Assembly: GCA_964016885.1 (NCBI GenBank)
Contig: OZ024743.1
Span: forward strand, 298,468,001 to 298,532,000
Direction of reading: 5' to 3'
Length of the DNA: 64,000 bases
From: Eledone cirrhosa
Taxonomy: Eukaryota
The notes beneath the pieces were generated by a model. That model saw nothing but the letters and a program-made list of their open reading frames with translations, ran no database searches and was not told where the DNA came from. Below are positions 55,641-64,000 of this stretch, piece by piece. Each line of letters begins with the position of its first letter. Position 1 is the first letter of the stretch. The translations under genes and the position numbers were made by a program.

Positions 55641-57050
55641 ACAGCAACAACAACAGCAACAGAAACAGCAGCAGAAGCGTCTCCACAACCACGAACAGCA
55701 GGAAGAAAAACAATAAACGACGCAAAAAATACCCATGGGTCTCCCAACAAAGCCCTCCCCCCTCTGCCGTCTCCTTTAAACACACATCACACATATAGGT
55801 ACTCACACAATCACAAAGACACTCCCACTAAAATCCAATACAGATTCTACAGACACCGGTACTTCATTATCTCACAGTGAAGAATAGAAGGAACACCCTC
55901 GCAAAAAAAGAACAAAAAAAAAAGAAAACACTAAAAAATATCTTGCTTGACCCCCCCCACACACACTCCGAAAACCCCCCACAGAAAACACACCCACAGC
56001 AAATACAGATACATCTACAACAACACAACCATTATCACAATCAACACTAAAGAAAACACATGCAACAACATCAACCAATCACACACACATCAAACTTCGT
56101 GCAAGGGAGGAGAGGGCAACGAAGAATTGATTTTTGGGAGTGAGGCTGAGATTTTCGGCACTAGCACTTTTAAAGCGCCACAAACATTAATGATGATGCA
56201 ATACTTTCCGGAAAGAAACAAATCCCTTAGGAAGTGCTTCCCCCACGACGTAGGAACCTCTAGCGTAAAAGCCACGTGTAGGCTTTTAAAGGGGTTCCCA
56301 AATGAACGATCTCAGTTCACTAGTGATAGATGTGACAGCTTTCAGCGAGACCAGGATTTCCGACATGCACACACTAGCCTCCAATTTTGACGGCTTTGGG
56401 ATCTACGAATCACTGAATCGGTCTGGATTGGGAGGGGGAGTGTTAGTGCTGTTTAGGAAGGGCTTGGATTTCGTGGTACGGACGATCTTCAAGGATCCAG
56501 ACAATAAGTTGGTGGTCTTCGCTGTGAGCAATAGCGAAGGTGGTGCTTTTAGACTGGTGGCCGTCTATGCTTCGACAGAGGGCAGAACTCTTCGGGCGTC
56601 TGAAGCTTTCCTTGGAATGTCTCATCCTTTAGTGTTAGCGGGGGCTGGAAATGCATCTTAGAAGCAAAGGTGGGGTGTAAAAGCCTCAAGAACCTGATCA
56701 GAAATTTTCAACTGACTGACAGGTGCCGAATGCATCAGTGAGAACCTGGACTAACCACATAGGGCCATCTAGATCGTATTTAGATTCTTTTTATTAAGTT
56801 AGCAGATAGAGATGCCATCCCTCCCCACTTCTGTATGCACTGACTCTCGGTCCATTACTGCGGAAGCTAGAGCTGTTGCAAGAAATCCCGCTTGGACCGG
56901 ACCAGGCATCAACGGAGATAAAAATGGGACAAAGTAACGAGCAGGGTCGTTAGCCTCGCAGTAGAAATGGGCCAAGAAGGAAGCTATCTCTGAAAGGTCG
57001 GACAGTGGTAGTGAAAGCGTACAACGATTCCGTCATCTATTATCACTTGA
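54720..57050 (+). mobile_element. Tx1/L1-clade copy 3, heavily decayed and internally deleted
   Basis: GKRPRCHLCGQTGYLRAFC; IDVTAFSETR..FRLVAVYA; short RT scraps at 56840-57045. Confidence 0.8.
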
Positions 57051-57472
57051 AGAAAAAGATGACAACGACGATGAAGAAGAATGTATCATATTTCATATTA
57101 AAGATCTTAGCTTGGGTAATTAATAATTTTTATTTCTCTGATATACATAAATTACATCTTTGGTTACGCTACAATACAACACGGTTCGGCATTCCAACAA
57201 TATTCAATGTTATTGTAATAACGTTAACTCCCGTATCTTTAAGATTCCATATATGTTGCGACAATGATATAAATCTGATTTTGTCCCCAGATTTCAATGA
57301 TTGAAAATGCAGTACATACAGAGTCTTGAAGCTGTTTTCTGCTAAATCTATATATCTTTTCACTAGCATCTACTGCTTTTACACCAGGACAATACACCGA
57401 GGCGTTCGATAAACATTTTCCATTGAGAGAGTAGATTAGTGTATATCTGCAGTTCTGTATATTTGGAAGGCC

Positions 57473-57578
<106 letters not shown>

Positions 57579-57671
57579 TATATGTATGTACGTATGTACG
57601 TATGCATGTATTCCATTAATGGATTGTACTTGTAATTTCCTAACTAGTCATGTTCTTTCTGTTTCTGTGAA

Positions 57672-58152
57672 GCCAAGTAAACTTGGTGAGGAGGATGATT
57701 TTGGACACCCTGCAGGACAAAAAACAAAACCTGACCAAGGACAGAAGAACTCATGAGTCAACGACAGTCCAGAAAATGTGTAAATATGTCTATACATTTG
57801 TATATACATATGTGTATATATGCGTGGGGACATAGAAATAATCGGGCTGGATACCCGATCGTGCGGTTAAACCACTGGGAGGGAATGACACCTAGCGTTT
57901 GTCAGGGCATTCTTCTAGGAGAAGACAACTCAGGAAACTGGGATAACTCCGACATAAAACCTGCGGCTCAGTAGTTAGCGATGATGTTACCGATGATGTA
58001 GCTCAGAGAGTGGGATTGGCTCAGTGCACAGTCTTTCCGCAAATTAAAAAATATCTTCATGCTCAGTCATTGCACGAAAGCATTAATTGATAATTACTAA
58101 TAAAGTTATATAGTGCAATGGCCGTGCTCAATGGTGAGGGGGCAGCCATCAT
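57672..58152 (+). mobile_element. Bipartite RTE-derived element, subfamily B (5'-truncated)
   Basis: Aligns with 60271-60800. Confidence 0.7.
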
Positions 58153-58177
58153 ATATGTATGTATGCATGTATGTATG

Positions 58178-59255
58178 TTCTGCTTTTATAATTTCACAAC
58201 TTTTTGCCAATAGAGAGAGAGTCGGTTTCTAACATAGACACAAGACTCTCTTATTGGAATTTACACAACAACAACTAGGTAGATATGTCTGCATGTCTGC
58301 ATGCATGCATGTGTAGATATGGATGTTATTGTATGTGTGGATGTGTATGTTTTGAGTTGTATGTGTACTTAGTATCTGTACATGTGTATATGTAGTTATT
58401 AGATGCAAAATGTTTGGAATGATTTACATATTTTTACTGTTCCAGTGGATTCTAGTTGTAATTTCCTATCTAGTTGTGTTCTTTCTGTTCCCGTGAAGCC
58501 CAGCTTCTCAAGATTGTATTGAGGCAGTTACTAACATATCCCAGTGCCCCAATAATCACAGGCATAAATCTCAAGGTATAATCGGGGTGGAGTATCTGCA
58601 GATTTCTCATCAGTTCTGCATAAATATTCTCCTTTTCGCTAATCTTTGATATTATATTGGCATCTGCTGGGCAGCTAACTTCCACTACTGTGCATGCCTT
58701 CTTTTCCCTGACCCATATAATATCTGGTCTGTTATGCCTACATTTTATTGAGGTTTTTAATGGAACATTCCATCAGTACTCTTTCATATTATGTATATGT
58801 ATGTCTTCCACATTGCTGTAGCTTTTAATGTGTTTATTATCGGGGTTATCTTTTCTACCGATTGCATTGTACAGTGTTTTGGCCACTACATCATGCCTCA
58901 TAGGTAGATAGTACCTCGATGACATCTTTGGACAGCTGCTTATGACATGGGTGACATCTTCGATGTTAATTCTGCAGAGTCTGCACTTGTTATCACATCT
59001 AGGTGTTTTGCCTGCATCCCTATCTCTTTTGTGAATCAGGTATTTTGTGTTGATTTCCTGTTCTTGGATTGCAAAAGCGTATCCTTCAAAGTGGAGTTGT
59101 TTCATGCAGATAGACTTGCTCGAGAGACGGGCTCCTACGCTTTGAGGTTCGTAGATGTTGTCAGAGGGATATGATGCGACATTCAAATGCTATCTGGACT
59201 GATGTTAAGCTTCTGCCTCCCTGCTTACGTTTCAAGTAAAGGCGGTCTATGTCGA
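58178..59255 (-). mobile_element. R4/Dong-like RLE non-LTR retrotransposon 3' fragment
   Basis: IDRLYLKRKQGGR; AIQEQ; CRLC..HVISSC; RHD; RPDI..EVSCP..K..Y; GALG; 3'UTR ends in (CATA)n. Confidence 0.85.
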
Positions 59256-59485
59256 ATAAAAGGTGTCTTCAGTGGATATAGTTATTCAGTTATTCAACAT
59301 GACTGGTAGTTGTGGCATTACTGTCGGAGATAGTATTCATCTTAGATTTAATGAATAGTCTCCGACGCCAAAATGTGCGACTGATCGCGTTGACTGACTA
59401 TGTATGTATGTATGTATGTATGTATGTATGTATGTATGTATGTATGTATGTATGTATGTATGTATGTATGTATGTATGTATGTAT

Positions 59486-60098
59486 GTCAGGTCACCAGTA
59501 GGTGCTACTGGTAACATGTATCCAAGTACAACCTGTCTCATGGTCGGGTCGTTGGCGACTAAACTGGCAACCCCACCAAGGTTTCTTGGTGAGGAGGGTG
59601 ACGTTGGACATCCTGCAGAACTAAAAACAAAACCTGTCAAAGGGCAAAGGAGCTCTTAAGAGTCAATGGCCATCCAAAATAACCGGGAGAGATGACCCCT
59701 TAGCCTTTGACAAGGCAGAATTCTAGGAGAAGGAAAACTCTGATATAACACCTGCAACCCTGATGGTATCCAATGATGTTGACTTGTTCTTCTTTTTGGT
59801 ACATATCATCTTGGTTAAGAGAGTGGGACTGGCTTTGTGCAGTGCCTTTGCTCACTATAAAAGCTTCACGGCACAGGCATTGCTTTATATCTGGAGATCT
59901 CTCTGCACTTGTCGTCAGATGGTACCATGGGCCCAGCACTATGTGTCAATAATTGTCACAAGTGTAGTGTTTGTACCAGAGTTTTCAAATCGCTGGCTGG
60001 ACTAAATAGTCACACACGTTCAGCGCATCGGTAGGGGTTCTCCTACATGGATATAAAGTAGTGGCCGTACTCGAAAACGAATTGGCAGCCACCACCAT
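59486..60098 (+). mobile_element. Bipartite RTE-derived element, subfamily A (full length)
   Basis: Flanked by (TATG)n on both sides; contains ctaggagaaggaaaactctgat; matches 2803-3390. Confidence 0.8.
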
Positions 60099-60182
60099 GT
60101 ATGTATGTATGTATGTATGTATGTATGTATGTATGTATGTATGTATGTATGTATGTATGTATGTATGTATGTATGTATGTAT

Positions 60183-60800
60183 GTCGGGTCACTCTTGAGT
60201 GCTACTCGTAACATGTAACCCAGTACAACCTGTCGCATAGTCGAGTCGTCGCGACTAAACTGGCAACCCCACCAAGTTTACTTGGTGAGGAGGGTGATTT
60301 TGGACACCATGCAGGACAAAAAACAAAACCTAACAAAGGGTGGAAGAACTCATAAGAGTCAACGGCCATCCAAAAGTGTGTAAATATGTATATGCACATG
60401 TACATATGTATGTATATGTGTATATACATGGGTGCATGTGTATGTATATGCACGGGGACATAGAAATAGTCGGGCTGGACACCCGATCGCGCGGTTAAAC
60501 CACTAGGAGTGAAGGACCCCTAGCCTTTGTCAGGGCATTCTTCTAGGAGAAGGCAACTCTTCTAGGAGAAGGCAACTGGGATAACTCCGATATAAAACCT
60601 GCGGCTCAGTAGTTACCGATGATGTTGATCTTTTCTTCTTTTCGGGCTATAACTATTGTCGCTCAGAGAGTGGGATTGGCTCAGTACATAGTCTTTCCTC
60701 ACTTTAAAAAATATATTCATGGCACGATGAATTCATTAATAATTATTAATAATGGTATATCGTGCAATGGCCATACTCTACAACGAGGGGGAAGCCATCA
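60183..60800 (+). mobile_element. Bipartite RTE-derived element, subfamily B (full length)
   Basis: Homologous 5' ~190 bp, a different middle, and a related 3' end. Confidence 0.7.
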
Positions 60801-60802
60801 TG

Positions 60803-62160
60803 TATGTTATATCTTTCTCTTAATTTCGAGTATATTAATTTTTGACCGGCCACCTTCCTGGTGGCAAGGTTGTAAAAGAAAAGAAATTGTCATCCTTTGA
60901 ATCGCAAGAATGTTTTGCAAATTTTGAAGGTGCCAGCTATCGCAGCCATTTGTAGACTATGAATTAGGGAGATGCGCTTTTTGTTCGCAAATCCAAGTTC
61001 AGTCATACTTTGGTCCAAGCGGGTTGGTATATAACCTGTAGCTCCAATAATGATGGGTATGAAGCTAAAGGTGTATCTTGAATACTGGATTTGTAAACTC
61101 CTCATCAATGGTCCGTAGATGTCCTCCTTCTCCTGTATTTTTCTGACAACGTTGACATCAAGTGGGCAGCTGATCTCCACAACAGAACACGTTTTCAATG
61201 TGTGGTCCCAAACAACAATATCAGGACGGTTGTGCTTTAATTTGGTGGCAGTTTTTATTTTCAGGTTCCACCAGTATTCCTTAGTGCCATCTGTCTCAAT
61301 ATATTCTTCCTCGTTTGTTGTTAATTTTGTTTTCTGAAGTGCATTCCAGATGGTTCTAGCTATCCCATCGTGTCTCATGGGAAGGTAGTAGCGAGATGAC
61401 ATTCTTTCGCAGCTGGCAACAATGTGGCTTACATCCTCGATCTTTGTTTTACAGAGCTTACATTTATTGTCAGCTGCTGGCCCTCCTCTTTTGTGCAGCA
61501 GATATTTGGTAGGGAGTTCTTGTTCCTGTATTGCATAGATATATCCCTCAAGGTGTGATGTCATAAACTTGTCGGAACTCCATGCCAGGATTTTTGAGTG
61601 GTTTATCCCCTCTATGGTCTGTGTTTTACGTCTCAAGTATCCATGCACAACTTTTTCTGTAAATTGGTCAATTTTTTTATCTTGTTTGAACATTGAATAG
61701 GATCTTCCGATTTCTCTGGATGAGAGATTTATATCAGGCTTTATTCCATATCTCTCCTCCAGATCAGTCGCTATTCTAATGATATTTTTTTTTTATGCTC
61801 ATAAACCTGGGCAAGATGGTTGCCAACCTTTTTCCTCTGTTGAAGGTGTTGCTTCAGTGTTAGTATCCGGGTCTCATATGTTGTTAATATTGATTTTAGA
61901 CCCCGGCCACCTTCCTTGCGTGAGAAGTATAGCCTATCCACATCACCATTGATGTTAAAGTTCCCAGTAACACTGAGAAGTTTTCGAGTTCTAACATCCA
62001 TCTCACTTAGTTCTTGCAATGACCAGTTCAGCAGGCCAAATGTTGGCGTTAGAATTGGCACAGCATAAGTATTGTGGGCAATGTATTTGTTGTACGCTGA
62101 CAGTTCTGATGACCATATTTTCTTTACTCTTCTGAGGTATTCAGTTCTGGTTCTCTCCTT
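60803..62160 (-). mobile_element. R4/Dong-like RLE non-LTR retrotransposon, 5'-truncated
   Basis: DVRTRKLL..VDRLYFSRKEGGRGL; CKLC..HIVASC; RHD; RPDIVVWD..VEISCP..K; both ends abut TATG repeats. Confidence 0.9.
60890..61693 (-). pseudogene. CCHC plus restriction-like endonuclease domain (267-aa open remnant)
   Basis: CCHC knuckle, RHD and PD..E..K motifs. Confidence 0.85.
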
Positions 62161-62317
62161 ATGTATGTATGTATGTATGTATGTATGTATGTATGTATGT
62201 ATGTATGTATGTATGTATGTATGTATGTATGTATGTATGTATGTATGTTTGTATGTATGTATGTATGTGTGTATGTATGTATGTATGTATGTATGTATGT
62301 ATGTATGTATGTATGTA

Positions 62318-62567
62318 TGTAGTGCCTTTGCTCACTATAAAAGCTTCACGGCACAGGCATTGCTTTATATCTCTCTGCACTTGTCATCACATGGTACCAT
62401 GGGACCAGCACTATGTGTCAATAATTGTCATAAGTGTAGTGTTTGTACCAGAATTTTCAAGTCGCTGGCTGGACTAAAAAGTCACACTCGTTCAGCGCAT
62501 CGGTAGGAGTTCTCCTACATGGATATAAAGTAGTGGCCGTACTCGAAAACGAGATGGCAGCCACCAT
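62318..62567 (+). mobile_element. Bipartite RTE-derived element, subfamily A (3' part)
   Basis: Encodes [23 protein letters not shown] followed by the 3' hairpin. Confidence 0.8.
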
Positions 62568-62584
62568 GTATATATATATCAGCA

Positions 62585-62838
62585 GGTCAATACGTGTCAG
62601 AGACTCAGATTTGCTGGCCACTGTTGGCACAGCAAGGAAGAAATAGCAGGTGATGTGTTGTTATGGAGTCCATCTTATGGAGCAAGAAACGCTGGTCGTC
62701 CCAAGAAGACATACGCCAAGCAACTTGAGCACGATACTGGATGCACTGCCGAAGAACTGGCAAACTCTATGAGAGACAGAGATGGATGGAGGAAACGTGT
62801 CGTAGAAAGCTGAGCAAGCTCGACCTGATGATGATGAT
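62585..62838 (+). mobile_element. RTE-clade LINE 3' end with (TGA)n tail
   Basis: RLRFAGHCW..LLWSP..GRPKKTY..L..DTG..M.DRDGWR. Confidence 0.85.
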
Positions 62839-62919
62839 ATATATATATACATATATTTGTATGTATGTATGTATGTTTGTATGTATGTATGTATATATAT
62901 TTATATATATATATATTTA

Positions 62920-63050
62920 TAACGAAGGATTGTGGTAACGAACCAGATGGACCATAACGCACCAGAGTACTCAATACTTAGGGTAGTAGAGTGGCTCAGA
63001 AATAGCCGTCGAAACGGCTTGAGCTCTGTCGTCGGGGTCATACTTTTTCC
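62920..63050. mobile_element. Internally inverted copy of the 18072/26250 hammerhead family
   Basis: 62920-62994 is the reverse complement of ~18201-18275; 62998-63050 matches 26308-26361. Confidence 0.8.
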
Positions 63051-63081
<31 letters not shown>

Positions 63082-63129
63082 ATGAAATGACAGGAGGCTG
63101 CACTTGTGTAAATCCTTGAAAGGTTTATT

Positions 63130-63187
63130 ATACTATGATCATTTCAATGACCGGGTTCCGTATGAATCCGGTGATATCATCAGGTAT
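63130..63187 (-). ncRNA. Type I hammerhead ribozyme with intact core
   Basis: Reverse complement reads atac-CTGATGA-tat-caccggattc-atacg-gaacccggtc-att-GAAA-tgatca-TA-gtat, within a TA-flanked element at ~63080-63375. Confidence 0.75.
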
Positions 63188-63394
63188 TCGAAATATAATA
63201 AGTGAATGTAATAGATAAAACCCATGGGGCTGAAAATCAATTATTAGCACCACCAACTACAAAAACAAAGACGGTTGAACTGCTTTACGTTGAGTACTCT
63301 CTATATTATTACATTAAGATTGACCATACGGAATTGACCAGCTCTATCCAGTGGTGAACCTCAAACCTGAATAAATATATATATAATATATATA

Positions 63395-63487
<93 letters not shown>

Positions 63488-64000
63488 ATGTGGATAATTC
63501 AACATATGCCAGTTAAAAAGGAAAATGCCATTAGTGCGGTAGTACAGAACATATGATTTAAACAATTTTAAGTTAAGAACTTACTACATGTAAATCATAT
63601 CCGCATTCGAATCTAAACGATTCGTCAATTTTATCTCGAGAACTACACCGATACGTTAATGGTCGTGAACTAAGTGCTTCCCAATTAGAGCCCCAAATCA
63701 TAATGATGCTAGAGAGAAAAAAAAATATGTTCCAGAGGAAGAAATATTCCAATTTGGAGAAAATATAAAGCTGATAACTATGCAAACATTGTCAGAAAAG
63801 TTTACCTCATTATCCATATATTGTGTGGCTGGTACACATAAATGTTAACATGTGTGTCTGTGCATTGATTTATCATATGTATGGTTTGTCACATTTGTAT
63901 ATAAGGGATTATCAGCATTGAATTTAGGATGATACATTCTTACAAATATTTATATAAACGCGTGTGGGTGGGCGCTAGCTTAGCTTATATTTATGCAAGC

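Overview
This is AT-rich, repeat-saturated animal genomic DNA. The SINE and microsatellite inventory strongly resembles Octopus (coleoid cephalopod), which is an inference. I can support no intact host gene; nearly all ORF-track entries are read-throughs of (TA)n/(CA)n/(TATG)n microsatellites. Recognisable content: (1) decayed non-LTR retrotransposons, including three head-to-tail Tx1/L1-clade copies at 47.2-57.0 kb, two R4/Dong-like RLE elements in (TATG)n, and RTE and CR1-type fragments; (2) two Penelope-like (GIY-YIG) remnants; (3) Helitron and hAT relics; (4) two tRNA-derived SINE families; (5) a ~600-bp bipartite non-autonomous RTE family; (6) a ~115-bp satellite. The most striking signal is about nine unrelated short non-coding elements embedded in (TA)n tracts. 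Each carries a type I hammerhead ribozyme fold; three families have the compensated U3-A8 core and several have very long stem II. Most form head-to-head fold-backs whose shorter arm stops at an internal TATA-like microhomology with the flanking microsatellite. All folds were identified by eye, and element boundaries are approximate.
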